A stretch of DNA of 63,409 nt, taken from Actinomycetota bacterium (lineage in GTDB: Bacteria; Actinomycetota; UBA4738; HRBIN12). Both the position numbers and the translations under genes were made by a program. The notes under the pieces were generated by a model, which saw only the letters and a program-made list of their open reading frames with translations, searched no databases and was not told the origin of the DNA. The stretch covers positions 1 through 63,409 of the forward strand of contig JAOUEA010000001.1 of the NCBI GenBank assembly GCA_029858935.1. The letters are read 5' to 3'. Positions 46,321 to 57,350 of this stretch are shown piece by piece (the stretch's first letter is position 1; each line of letters starts with the position of its first letter).

Positions 46321-46324
<4 letters not shown>
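45614..46324 (-). CDS. peptidase S51 family (dipeptidase E / cyanophycinase-like)
   Basis: ..[12 protein letters not shown].... and [10 protein letters not shown] (nucleophile-elbow Ser). It is coupled at both ends to hutU and hutH. Confidence 0.7.
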
Positions 46325-47985
<1,661 letters not shown>

Positions 47986-48228
47986 CCTTCCCTCCCCCCC
48001 AGCACGACGATGGACGCGATGCTACCGCCCCGGATGGATCGGAGCTCACCTACCGACGAGCGGGGGTCCTGGGTGATGACGAGGCGAGCCGATGCTCCGT
48101 CAATGAGGTTGGACTCGCAGCGGGGCGAGCTGACAACGATCTCGAGAGCATCATGAGGGCGCCGACCGCCAGCACGGCACGTGTCGGGATGCTTGAGTGG
48201 GTCGTTCGGGCCGGGTAGCGTCCCCCCG

Positions 48229-49449
48229 ATGGCCGTCGGAACTTCCCCCTACGACACCGCTGGCGCGGACGGGTTCGCCGTTGAGCCGATCCGCGTGCTG
48301 ATCGCCGATGATGAGCCCGCGCTCCGCGGGGCGCTGGCCGATCTGCTCGAGCACGAGGACGACGTCATCCTGATCGGCTCGGCCGGTGACGCGGACGAGG
48401 CGATCGCGCTCGCCGGCGACGAGCACCCAGATGTCGCACTCGTCGACGTCTCGATGCCGGCCGGAGGCGGTGCGCGAGCGGCTCGCGAGATCGCCCGATG
48501 CTCCCCAGACACCCGAGTGATCGCGTTGTCGGCGTTCGAGGATCGGCCCACGGTGCTCGAGATGCTGCGAGCCGGCGCGGTGGGCTACCTCGTCAAAGGC
48601 ACCGCCGGCGAGGAGATCGTCGACTCGATCCAGAAGGTGATGGCGGGCGGCGCCAGCTTGTCGACCGAAGTGATCGCCGGCATCGTGGCCGAGCTCACGA
48701 AGCAACTGCGCCGCGACGACGAGGAGCGGGAGCAGCTCGATGCTCGCCGCGGCGAGATCGAGCGATTCGTCGCCGGCGAAGGTGTCTCGATGGCGTTCCA
48801 GCCGATCTTCGACCTTGCCACGGAGACAACGGTCGGGATCGAGGCGCTCGCTCGGTTCTCGTCGCCACCGCCGCGCCCCCCCAACGAATGGTTCGCCGAA
48901 GCGGTGACGCTTGCGCTCGGGGTTCGGCTGGAGCTGACGACCGTGACGCAGGCTCTCCGCGCGCTCGCCGCGATCCCCGAGGGAACGTATCTGGCCATCA
49001 ACTGCTCGCATCGGGCGGCGGTGTCCACAGAGCTCGCCGCCGTCCTCGAGCCTCACGCCGGCCGGCTGGTATTGGAGATCACCGAGCACGAGGCCGTCGA
49101 GGACTACGACGACCTGGTCGACGCCCTTGCGCCGCTGCGGGCTCGGGGCGCACGGGTGGCGATCGACGACGCGGGCGCAGGGTTCGCCAGCCTTCGGCAC
49201 ACCCTGCGCATCGCCCCCGACATCGTGAAGCTCGACATGAGCCTCACACGCGACATCGATCGCGACCGGGCCAAGCGGGCCCTCGCGGCGGCGATGGTCT
49301 CCTTCGCCCAGGAGATGGGGTTCTCGCTCATCGCCGAAGGCATCCAGACGGCCGAGGAGTTGTCGACGTTGCGAACGCTCGGCATCGGATACGGTCAGGG
49401 GTTCTTCCTCGCCCAGCCGGGTCCGCTCTCCTCGGTCCTTCCGGACTGA
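48229..49449 (+). CDS. response regulator with EAL (c-di-GMP phosphodiesterase) output
   Basis: REC domain (VLIADDEP...DVALVDVSMP) then EAL (GIEALARF, AINCS, LEITE, DDAGAG, KLD, EGIQT). The start is taken at the ATG for MAVGTS. Confidence 0.8.
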   Translation: MAVGTSPYDTAGADGFAVEPIRVLIADDEPALRGALADLLEHEDDVILIGSAGDADEAIALAGDEHPDVALVDVSMPAGGGARAAREIARCSPDTRVIALSAFEDRPTVLEMLRAGAVGYLVKGTAGEEIVDSIQKVMAGGASLSTEVIAGIVAELTKQLRRDDEEREQLDARRGEIERFVAGEGVSMAFQPIFDLATETTVGIEALARFSSPPPRPPNEWFAEAVTLALGVRLELTTVTQALRALAAIPEGTYLAINCSHRAAVSTELAAVLEPHAGRLVLEITEHEAVEDYDDLVDALAPLRARGARVAIDDAGAGFASLRHTLRIAPDIVKLDMSLTRDIDRDRAKRALAAAMVSFAQEMGFSLIAEGIQTAEELSTLRTLGIGYGQGFFLAQPGPLSSVLPD

Positions 49450-49469
49450 ATCCGGCGACGCTGGAAACG

Positions 49470-50504
49470 CTACTCGCCGGTGCGCCTGTCGATCGCCCAC
49501 GACGAGGTCTCCGACCCCTTCGTGAACTGCTTCATCTCGGTCGCCACCGCGACCGCTTCGGCGTAGTGCTGGAACGACCGCCTCGCGGTGCTCGCGATGC
49601 CGATCGACAGGGTCAGCACGCCGAACCGTTGCAGCTCGCCGCGACGATTCGTGACCTCGATGTAGCCGCGCTCTCGATCGGCGTCGTCGAAGAAGCTTGA
49701 CGCCGCCTGGTCGAACGCGCTCACGATCGCATCGGCAGTCGATTCCGCGACTTCGGGTTCGACCACCACGACGAAGTCATCGCCGCCGACGTGGCCGATG
49801 AACGCCGAGCCGTCGCTCGCCAGCCGAGCCGCGTCGCCGATCAGCCGAGCGGTCGACTGGATCACCTCGTCGCCCCGCATGAAGCCGTAGTGGTCGTTGA
49901 ACGCCTTGAAGTGGTCGAGGTCGGCGTACAGGATCGCGAACGGCTCCCCGCGCTCGACGCGCGCATCGATCTCTTCCTCGATGCGAACGTTGCCCGGCAG
50001 CCCCGTGAGCGGTGACTGGGTGCGCGTGTCGCGGGAACGGCGAAGGACGCCCCGGATGCGCGCAAGGAGTTCCGGCGTATCGAATGGCTTGACGATGTAG
50101 TCGTCGGCACCGATCGCGAAGCCCTCGAGCTTGTCCGCGGACAAGCCTCGGGCGGTGAGCATGATCACCGAGACGGTGGTGGTGCGTGGGTCTTGCCGCA
50201 AGCGTCGTGTCAGTTCGAACCCATCCATGTTGGGCATCATCACGTCGGCGAGCACCAGGTCGGGGCACCGCTCCCGCGCGACTTCGAGAGCCAGCGCGCC
50301 GTCGGCTGCCACGCGCACGTCATAGCCCGCCGCGCGCAGCTCGATCTCGAGCAGCCGCGCGATGAACGGATCGTCGTCGACCACGAGCAGGCTCTCGCCG
50401 CCACCCGCGTCTTCCCCGGGGGTGGCAAGGTCGACTTCCTCGATGCTCTGTCCCTCGGTCACGCCCTCATCCTCGTCCAGCGCGCCCCCGCGCTTCGCAT
50501 TCAC
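49470..50504 (-). CDS. response regulator with a GGDEF-type domain carrying GGDDF
   Basis: REC domain (LLVVDDDP...LVLADVMMPNMDG...DDYIVKP), then LTGLPGN...YADLDHFKAFNDHYGF.RGD....GHVGGDDF. GTG start. Confidence 0.8.
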   Translation of the reverse strand: MNAKRGGALDEDEGVTEGQSIEEVDLATPGEDAGGGESLLVVDDDPFIARLLEIELRAAGYDVRVAADGALALEVARERCPDLVLADVMMPNMDGFELTRRLRQDPRTTTVSVIMLTARGLSADKLEGFAIGADDYIVKPFDTPELLARIRGVLRRSRDTRTQSPLTGLPGNVRIEEEIDARVERGEPFAILYADLDHFKAFNDHYGFMRGDEVIQSTARLIGDAARLASDGSAFIGHVGGDDFVVVVEPEVAESTADAIVSAFDQAASSFFDDADRERGYIEVTNRRGELQRFGVLTLSIGIASTARRSFQHYAEAVAVATEMKQFTKGSETSSWAIDRRTGE

Positions 50505-50699
50505 ACCTCACGCGTGTGCGTGCGGCATCGATCGATCTCGTGCGTCTGGATCACGAATCGGCACTTTATCCCCCGAGGTGAAGCTCGTTGGGACATCCTC
50601 TCGGCATCGCATCTTCCAGCGTCGACGCGGCCACGCCGCGACGCCCGTTGCCCCCGCATGGCACGATAGCCGTATCACCACGGCGATGGGGGTCGGTCG

Positions 50700-52076
50700 A
50701 TGAAGGTACTGGAGACGTTCCTCGATGCGATGGGGAACACCCCTCTCGTGCGTCTGCGCTCGATCACCCGCGGCCTGCGCCCTACGATCCTGGCCAAGGT
50801 CGAGATGCTCAACCCCGGCGGGTCGGTGAAGGACCGCATCGGGATCCGCATGATCGAGGCGGCCGAGCGCGACGGCACGCTGCGACCCGGCGGCACGATC
50901 GTGGAGCCGACCTCGGGGAACACGGGACACGGACTCGCGATCGCTGCGGCCGTGCGCGGGTACCGGTGCATCTTCGTGATGCCCGACAAGATGAGCCAGG
51001 AAAAGATCTCGCTGCTCCGCGCCTACGGCGCCGAGGTCATCATCACGCCGACCGCGGTGCCGCGCGAGTCGCCGGAGTCCTACTACTCGGTCGCCTCGCG
51101 GCTCGCCGATGAGATCCCGGGGGCGTTCCAACCGAACCAGTACTTCAACCAGGAGAACCCGGCGACCCACTTCGACACGACGGGCCCCGAGATCTGGGAA
51201 CAGACCGACGGACGCATCGACATCTTCGTGGCCGGCGTCGGCACCGGCGGCACGATCACCGGCGTCGGTCGATACCTCAAAGCACAGAGGTCCGATATCG
51301 TGATCGTGGGCGCCGATACCGAGGGTTCGGTCTACACCGGCGACGAACCCCGGCCCTACCTCACCGAGGGCATCGGAGAGGACTTCATGCCCGAAACGTT
51401 CGATCCCGACATCGTCGACCGCTGGGTCAGGGTGGCGGACCGCGAGGCCTTCCTCACGGCGAGGGCCGTCACGCGGCAGGAGGGCATCCTCGTCGGCGGG
51501 TCGTGCGGATCCGCCGTCTACGCCGCACTCGAGGTCGCCCGCGACTACGGCGACGACACGACGATCGTCGTGCTGTTGCCCGACACCGGCCGCAACTACC
51601 TGTCGAAGCTGTACTCCGATGGCTGGATGCGGCAGTACGGCTTCCTCGAGGGACCCGAAGTCGTGACCGTTGAACAGGTCCTGTCCGCCAAGGGGGCGGA
51701 GCTCCCGCCGCTGATCACCGTGAACGCGCACGACAAGGTGCGCCAGGCCGTCGACGTGCTACAGGCCAGCTCGATCTCACAGGCCCCGGTGGTGCGCGAG
51801 GAGTCCGCGGACGTGACGCAATTCGTCGGATCGATCCGAGACCGTGAGCTGCTCGAACGCGTCTTCCGGGACCCTGATGCCTTGCAGGCCGACGTGGCCG
51901 AGGTCATGGCACCCCCGATCCCGTTCGTCGAATGGGACCAACCGATCGAGATCGCGTTCGCCCAGCTCGAGCAAGCTCCCGCCGTGCTCGTGGCCAAGGC
52001 CGGCCAGGTGCTCGGGGTGCTCACGCGAAGCGACCTCCTCGATTTCATAGCCCATCGTCGCCAAACGGAGCGGTAG
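50700..52076 (+). CDS. cystathionine beta-synthase (PLP domain plus C-terminal CBS pair)
   Basis: PLP-Lys motif NPGGSVKDR, GNTG and GTGGTITG, then two CBS repeats. Confidence 0.88.
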   Translation: MKVLETFLDAMGNTPLVRLRSITRGLRPTILAKVEMLNPGGSVKDRIGIRMIEAAERDGTLRPGGTIVEPTSGNTGHGLAIAAAVRGYRCIFVMPDKMSQEKISLLRAYGAEVIITPTAVPRESPESYYSVASRLADEIPGAFQPNQYFNQENPATHFDTTGPEIWEQTDGRIDIFVAGVGTGGTITGVGRYLKAQRSDIVIVGADTEGSVYTGDEPRPYLTEGIGEDFMPETFDPDIVDRWVRVADREAFLTARAVTRQEGILVGGSCGSAVYAALEVARDYGDDTTIVVLLPDTGRNYLSKLYSDGWMRQYGFLEGPEVVTVEQVLSAKGAELPPLITVNAHDKVRQAVDVLQASSISQAPVVREESADVTQFVGSIRDRELLERVFRDPDALQADVAEVMAPPIPFVEWDQPIEIAFAQLEQAPAVLVAKAGQVLGVLTRSDLLDFIAHRRQTER

Positions 52077-52084
52077 GCGCGTCG

Positions 52085-52924
52085 GTGCGTTCGTTGGGCA
52101 TCGACGTCGGGGTGGGCAAGGGCCTCGACATCGTGCTCATCGACGAGCGCCTGGTCCCCCTGCACGTGTCTTCACGGGTACGTGTGCATGACGTGGAACG
52201 ATTGATCGGCGACCTGCACCCCGACATCGTCTCGATCGACTCGCCGCCGCGATGGGCAGCGTCGGGACGCTCGCGCCTGACAGAGCGTGAGCTCGCTGCA
52301 CTCAACATCTCGTCGTTCAACACCCCGAACGAAGCCCACGGTAAGGGCAACCGGTTCTTCGCCTGGATGGAGGTCGGCTTCGAGGTCTTCGCGCACGCAG
52401 CGGCCGCCGGGTTCCCGCCGTACTCGGCCGGCGCCCCTAAGGGAAAAGCGCTCGAGGTCTTCCCCCACGCGACCGCCGTGGTCCTGGCCGGCTGCCTCGC
52501 GCCCAAGGGCATCCGCAAGCATGCCTGGCGCTCAGCGGTGCTTCGTGCTCAGGGCGTGCGCACCGATGAGCTCGGTTCACCCGATCGGGTCGATGCGGCG
52601 CTCGCCGCACTCACCGGCCTCTACGCGCTCGACGGCAGGCGCTTCGCCCCGGGTGATCCGAGCGAGGGCGTGATCGTCGTGCCGTCGGCTGCGTTGCCGG
52701 CCGTGCCGTATCGCCCTGGCGCCGCCGCCCCGCGCGGAGCCGACCCGCTGTTCGCGTACTGTGCGTGCGGGGACCCTCGGTGCGAACGGCTCGTACGGAG
52801 TGAATTCGCACCGGGCCATGACGCGAAACGGAAGGCGATGCTGTGGGAGCGCGCGCGTGAGGGAACCGAGGCGCTCGACGAGCTGAGGGAACGGGGCTGG
52901 AAACTCCCGCCTGAGATGCGATGA
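52085..52924 (+). CDS. DUF429-like (RNase-H-fold) protein with a Cys-rich basic C-terminus
   Basis: GTG start. LGIDVGVGKGLDIV...IVSIDSPP.. resembles the DUF429 N-terminus. The C-terminus is YCACGDPRCERLV...GHDAKRK. Confidence 0.5.
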   Translation: MRSLGIDVGVGKGLDIVLIDERLVPLHVSSRVRVHDVERLIGDLHPDIVSIDSPPRWAASGRSRLTERELAALNISSFNTPNEAHGKGNRFFAWMEVGFEVFAHAAAAGFPPYSAGAPKGKALEVFPHATAVVLAGCLAPKGIRKHAWRSAVLRAQGVRTDELGSPDRVDAALAALTGLYALDGRRFAPGDPSEGVIVVPSAALPAVPYRPGAAAPRGADPLFAYCACGDPRCERLVRSEFAPGHDAKRKAMLWERAREGTEALDELRERGWKLPPEMR

Positions 52925-52934
52925 GGGGGGTCCG

Positions 52935-54098
52935 ATGACACGCGAACGTCGCGATCCGAGGTCGAGCGATCGATCGCGGTTCGAGACCCGCGCGATCCAC
53001 GCGGGCCAGAACCCCGACGCCCTGTACGGCGCCGTCACCGTGCCCATCTACCAGACCTCCACCTACGCCCAGCTCGAGGTCGGCGTTCCCAAGGTGTGGG
53101 ACTACGCGCGGGGCGGCAACCCGACCAGGGAAGCCTTCCAGCAGGCGCTGGCGTCACTCGAAGGCGGGACACAGGGGTTCGCGTTCGCGAGCGGTCTCGG
53201 TGCCGAGACCACGATGCTGCTCGCGTTGGGTCCGGGCGATCACGTCGTGCTCGCCGACGACGTGTACGGGGGCACCTACCGCTTGCTCGCCCACGTGCTC
53301 AGCCCGTGGGGGCTGACGTTCACGGCGACCGACCTCAGCGATCTCGATGCTCTCTCGGCTGCGATGACTCCTGCGACGAAGCTCGTCTGGGTCGAAACGC
53401 CGTCGAACCCCCTGCTGAAGATCGTGGACATCGCGGCGGTCGGCGCGGCCGCGCACGAGCATGGTGCGCGCATGGTGGTGGACAACACGTTCGCCACTCC
53501 GGCCCTGCAGCGACCGCTCGCGCTCGGTGCTGACGCCGTCGTCCACAGCGTCACGAAGTACATCGGCGGGCATTCCGACCTGATCGGCGGTGCGATCGTC
53601 ACGAGTGACGAGGAGTGGATCGACCGGCTCGGGTTCCTCGTGAACGCGGTTGGTGCCGTGCCCGGCCCGATGGACAGTTACCTTGCCCTGCGGGGTCTCA
53701 AAACGCTCGCCGTGCGCATGCAGGCGCATTGCGCCGGCGCCCGGGCGGTCGCCGCGTTCCTCGAGAGCCATCCGGCGGTGACGACGGTGCATTTCCCTGG
53801 GCTCGACGACCATCCCGGTCACGAGGTCGCCGCCCGGCAGATGGGCGACTTCGGGGGCATGGTGTCGTTCCGCGTCGGAAGCGCCACGAAGGCGCTCGAA
53901 GTCGCGCGTCGCACCGAGCTGTTCTTCTTGGCGGAATCGCTCGGCGGCGTGGAGTCGTTGATCGAGGTGCCCGGCCCGATGACGCACGCGAGCGTCGCGG
54001 GTTCCCCACTCGAAGTGCCCGACGACCTCGTGCGCCTCTCGGTCGGTATCGAACACCCCGACGACCTGATCGAAGATCTCGACCGAGCCCTTTCGTGA
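52935..54098 (+). CDS. cystathionine gamma-lyase/synthase (Cys/Met-metabolism PLP enzyme)
   Basis: PLP-Lys motif HSVTKYIGGHSD; N-terminal ..TRAIHAGQ.. Confidence 0.88.
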   Translation: MTRERRDPRSSDRSRFETRAIHAGQNPDALYGAVTVPIYQTSTYAQLEVGVPKVWDYARGGNPTREAFQQALASLEGGTQGFAFASGLGAETTMLLALGPGDHVVLADDVYGGTYRLLAHVLSPWGLTFTATDLSDLDALSAAMTPATKLVWVETPSNPLLKIVDIAAVGAAAHEHGARMVVDNTFATPALQRPLALGADAVVHSVTKYIGGHSDLIGGAIVTSDEEWIDRLGFLVNAVGAVPGPMDSYLALRGLKTLAVRMQAHCAGARAVAAFLESHPAVTTVHFPGLDDHPGHEVAARQMGDFGGMVSFRVGSATKALEVARRTELFFLAESLGGVESLIEVPGPMTHASVAGSPLEVPDDLVRLSVGIEHPDDLIEDLDRALS

Positions 54099-54829
54099 GC
54101 GGCGAGCCGTACTACCGGCACGACCTGGCCCTCGTGCACCACGAGGGTTTCGGATCCCATGCCGAGGCATGTGCCCCCGGCATCCTGTCGCTGCTGCAAC
54201 CGGTCCGCGACCGCGACGGCCTCGTTGTGGAATTGGGATGCGGCAGCGGGCTGCTCACCAGGTACCTGCTCGACGCAGGGCATCGGGTGATCGCAGCCGA
54301 CGCGTCACCCGCGATGCTGCAACTCGCCGGCGAGGTCGTCGCCGATGCCGACGAGATCCGACGGCTGACGCTGCCCCACGATCCCATCCCGGCCGCCGAC
54401 GCGATCGTCTCGATCGGACACGCTCTGAGCTACCTCCCAGACGCCGCCTCGATCGATCGAGCCTTGGTCATGATCGCCCGCGCGCTCAGGCCCGGCGGTG
54501 TGCTCGCGATCGACCTGTGCGACCTGGAATGGGCAGCGACACGCATCGATCAACCCAGTCGGGGATGGTTGGGAGAAGGCTGGGCACTCGTCACCGAATT
54601 CTCGGTGCCCTCGCCCGATCGATACGTGCGGCAGATGGCGACCTTCATCCGCTCCGGCGACGGGTCGTGGCGGCGCGACGACGAACGTCACGACAACGTG
54701 ATGATCGACACCACCCTGGTGCCGGGTCTGCTCGCCGAGCAAGGTGTCGAGGCGAGGGTCGAGGAATCGTTCGGCGACGAAACGCTCCCGGCCGGGCTCC
54801 GCGCCATCATCGGCCGCCGCCCCGCATGA
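54095..54829 (+). CDS. class I SAM-dependent methyltransferase
   Basis: The GTG overlaps the preceding stop (GTGA). Motif I is VVELGCGSGLLT. Confidence 0.75.
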   Translation: MSGEPYYRHDLALVHHEGFGSHAEACAPGILSLLQPVRDRDGLVVELGCGSGLLTRYLLDAGHRVIAADASPAMLQLAGEVVADADEIRRLTLPHDPIPAADAIVSIGHALSYLPDAASIDRALVMIARALRPGGVLAIDLCDLEWAATRIDQPSRGWLGEGWALVTEFSVPSPDRYVRQMATFIRSGDGSWRRDDERHDNVMIDTTLVPGLLAEQGVEARVEESFGDETLPAGLRAIIGRRPA

Positions 54830-54841
54830 GATCGGTGCGGC

Positions 54842-55504
54842 TCAGATCCGGAGGGTCGGGCCGCCCGACGTCGACAGCTCGACCGACCGAACGCGGGGTC
54901 GGCCGGCGACGACGCGGAGCGGCACGCTGTCGCCCGCGGGGCCGAGCCAGTCGGCGAGCCTCGCCTCGTCCCCCGCGACCTCGACACCGGCGATCCCGGT
55001 GACGTCGACGTCGTGGAGGATCGGCGTTCGACCGGGGTGCAGCTCCGGCGGCATGTCCCATGCGATGAAGAACGGCAACCATGCGTCTCGAGCCTCGTCG
55101 TCGATGCCTGCCCCACTCCAGCGGAGCTCCGACCCGTCGGGGCGGATTCGGCCGCCGGGATCGACGTCGAGCCCGAGCCGTGATGCGGTGTCCGAGAGGT
55201 CGGTGTCGGCGAGACAGACAGAGAACCATCGGTCTCGGCCGTCGGCGGTCAGCCCTAGCACGGCGCGGCCGAGCACCGTGTCCCGGCCAACGGCGGGGTC
55301 GACGACCGCCATGAGCTCGATGTAGCTCTGCCCGAGCGGCACGATCCGGTTGCCGGTACCCCAGGTCGGATGTACGCCGCCGGGCACCGACGCCAGCCCG
55401 TGGTCGCGGCGAAGCCGATCCCCCGCCGAGTCGAGGTCTGGAACCGCCATCACCACGTGATCGATCGTGAACACCCGTGCTCCCTCCCGTTGGGACCGAT
55501 CCAT
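54842..55504 (-). CDS. VOC/glyoxalase-like domain protein
   Basis: ..IDHVVMAVPDLDSAGDRL.. N-terminus. Start is ATG 55504 (or GTG 55474). The upstream part of the track ORF was discarded. Confidence 0.6.
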   Translation of the reverse strand: MDRSQREGARVFTIDHVVMAVPDLDSAGDRLRRDHGLASVPGGVHPTWGTGNRIVPLGQSYIELMAVVDPAVGRDTVLGRAVLGLTADGRDRWFSVCLADTDLSDTASRLGLDVDPGGRIRPDGSELRWSGAGIDDEARDAWLPFFIAWDMPPELHPGRTPILHDVDVTGIAGVEVAGDEARLADWLGPAGDSVPLRVVAGRPRVRSVELSTSGGPTLRI

Positions 55505-55531
55505 CGTTGCATCTCGCGATACGGTCGAGGG

Positions 55532-56755
55532 ATGCGACACGCTCTCCTCCCGGTCGCGCTCTCGCTCCTGGCTTCGCTCATGGCCGCTCCGCTCGGGGCG
55601 GCCGAGCCGACACCGCAGCGGCTGATCGACGGACTCTCCTTCCCGACGAACATGGCGTTCCTGCCCGATGGCACGCTGCTGTTCACGGAGAAGGAAACCG
55701 GCGCGGTGCGTGTGGTGACCCCCGACGGGGCCTTGCGCGATCGGCCGTTCACGACGCTCGCGGTGATGCCCGACGCCGAACGCGGGTTGCTCGGCATCGC
55801 CGTGCACCCCGACTTCGAGCGGGAGCCGTGGGTGTACCTCTACTACTCCGATCCCGCCGACGGGCTGAACCGGCTCGTACGGGTCCGCGCCGACGGCGTC
55901 GTCGCCGCGGGCGAACCCCACACCCTGCTCGACGGCATCAGCGCGGTCGCGGGCTATCACAACGGCGGCGATCTCGTGTTCGGCGTCGACGGTTCGTTGT
56001 TCGTCTCGCTCGGCGAGGCGCACGAGCCCAAGCGCGCCCAGGACGAACGCGATATCGGCGGCAAGGTGCTGCGGCTCACGCCGGACGGTGACGTGCCCGC
56101 CGACGGCCCCTTCGGCTCCGGCAGCCCGGTCTGGTCGATCGGTCACCGGAACTCGTTCGGGCTCTGCATCGACCCCGTGACCGGCGATCTCTGGGAGACG
56201 GAGAACGGTCCAGATCGCGACGACGAGGTGAACCTGATCGCAGGAGGGGGGAACTACGGCTGGCCATTGGTGACGGGCCGAGCGGGCGACGACCGATTCC
56301 TCGACCCGGTCGTGGTCTTCCCGGCGCCGATCGCGCTGACCGGATGCACGGTGGTTGACGGCGACGTGTGGTTCGGGTCCTTCGACGGGGGGGTGTGGCG
56401 GCTGCCCGCCGTGGGGGACGAGCCGATCGAGGTCGCAACGTTCTCAGCGGGGGTCACCGACGTTGCGCTCGCAGCGAACGGCCTCGTCTACGTCGCCACC
56501 TCGGATTCGATCTGGACCGTTCAGCCACAGACCGTTGGCGCGACCTCGTCGCAGCCGGCGTCGAGTTCGCCCGTCGGTCCGCGCGAGCCGGCGGGCTCTC
56601 CGATCACCGCTGACGAGGCGGGAGGTGGATGGCGTCCGTGGATCGTGTCGGCCGCCCTCGTGGTGCTTGCCGGAGCGCTGGGCGCCCGCTTCGTCGCGGG
56701 GCGCCGGCTACGGGCCCGTCGGAAAGACCCTCCCCCAGGTCAGGCCGGCTTCTGA
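55532..56755 (+). CDS. PQQ-dependent sugar (glucose/sorbosone) dehydrogenase, secreted with a C-terminal TM anchor
   Basis: Signal peptide, beta-propeller motifs (..GLLGIAVHPDF.., ..HNGG.., ..GHRNSFG.., NYGWP) and a C-terminal helix (WIVSAALVVLAGALGARF). Confidence 0.8.
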   Translation: MRHALLPVALSLLASLMAAPLGAAEPTPQRLIDGLSFPTNMAFLPDGTLLFTEKETGAVRVVTPDGALRDRPFTTLAVMPDAERGLLGIAVHPDFEREPWVYLYYSDPADGLNRLVRVRADGVVAAGEPHTLLDGISAVAGYHNGGDLVFGVDGSLFVSLGEAHEPKRAQDERDIGGKVLRLTPDGDVPADGPFGSGSPVWSIGHRNSFGLCIDPVTGDLWETENGPDRDDEVNLIAGGGNYGWPLVTGRAGDDRFLDPVVVFPAPIALTGCTVVDGDVWFGSFDGGVWRLPAVGDEPIEVATFSAGVTDVALAANGLVYVATSDSIWTVQPQTVGATSSQPASSSPVGPREPAGSPITADEAGGGWRPWIVSAALVVLAGALGARFVAGRRLRARRKDPPPGQAGF

Positions 56756-56907
56756 CGCTTCATGTACGCGACCGTCGAGACGGCTCCCGATGGCGTCGGT
56801 TGCGCGACCACCGAGATCAGCTCCCAGCCGTCATCGCCGAAGGTGTTCAGGATCTCGCCAGGGTTGTGCTCGAGCAGCGGCGCGACGAAGTACTCCCACG
56901 CGGTCAT
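56740..56907 (-). CDS. DUF4177-like miniprotein (55 aa; not in the supplied ORF track)
   Basis: Hand translation gives MTAWEYFVAPLLEHNPGEILNTFGDDGWELISVVAQPTPSGAVSTVAYMKRQKPA. The WEY...GxxGWEL pattern is typical of DUF4177. The ATG overlaps the CoA-binding gene stop (ATGA). Confidence 0.6.
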   Translation of the reverse strand: MTAWEYFVAPLLEHNPGEILNTFGDDGWELISVVAQPTPSGAVSTVAYMKRQKPA

Positions 56908-57350
56908 GCGGTCCCCTCTCGTAGCAGTCGCAGGTCGGTCTGTCTGATGCAGACCCCCATGATCACCTCGAGGCCCGCCTCGCTCGCGATGCGGTAGGCC
57001 TCGTCGTTCACGATGCCGGCCTGCAGCCAGAGCACCTTGGCGCCGATCGCGACGGCGTCGCGCGCGATCTCAGGTGTGTCTTCGGCCCGGCGGAAGACGT
57101 CGACGACGTCGATCGGCGTGTCCGCCGGGATCTCGCCCAGCGTCGCATATGCGGGTTCGCCGAGGACCTCGGTCTCCCGAGGGTTCACGGGCACGATGCG
57201 GAACCCTCGAGCCTGCAGGTAGGACGCGACGGCGAGCGAGGGACGACTGGGCTTCGACGACAACCCAACCACGGCGATCGTCTTCGCCTCTCCGAGCAGC
57301 ATACGAAGCTCCCGATCCTCGGGGGCAACGGCGTTCACGTCACCGGCCAT
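56904..57350 (-). CDS. CoA-binding domain protein (YccU/YneT-like)
   Basis: ..KTIAVVGLSSKPSRPS...GFRIVPVNP....VDVFR.. Start at the internal ATG (MAGDVN..). Confidence 0.8.
   Translation of the reverse strand: MAGDVNAVAPEDRELRMLLGEAKTIAVVGLSSKPSRPSLAVASYLQARGFRIVPVNPRETEVLGEPAYATLGEIPADTPIDVVDVFRRAEDTPEIARDAVAIGAKVLWLQAGIVNDEAYRIASEAGLEVIMGVCIRQTDLRLLREGTA

Noticed and set aside
50505-50699. Possible SAM/SAH-type riboswitch in the 196-bp leader of the cystathionine beta-synthase gene
   Set aside because: I could not find the conserved cores of SAM-I/IV (GAGGGA...GCAACC), SAM-II/V or SAH elements, only imperfect GC hairpins. It would need cmsearch against Rfam; no claim is made.
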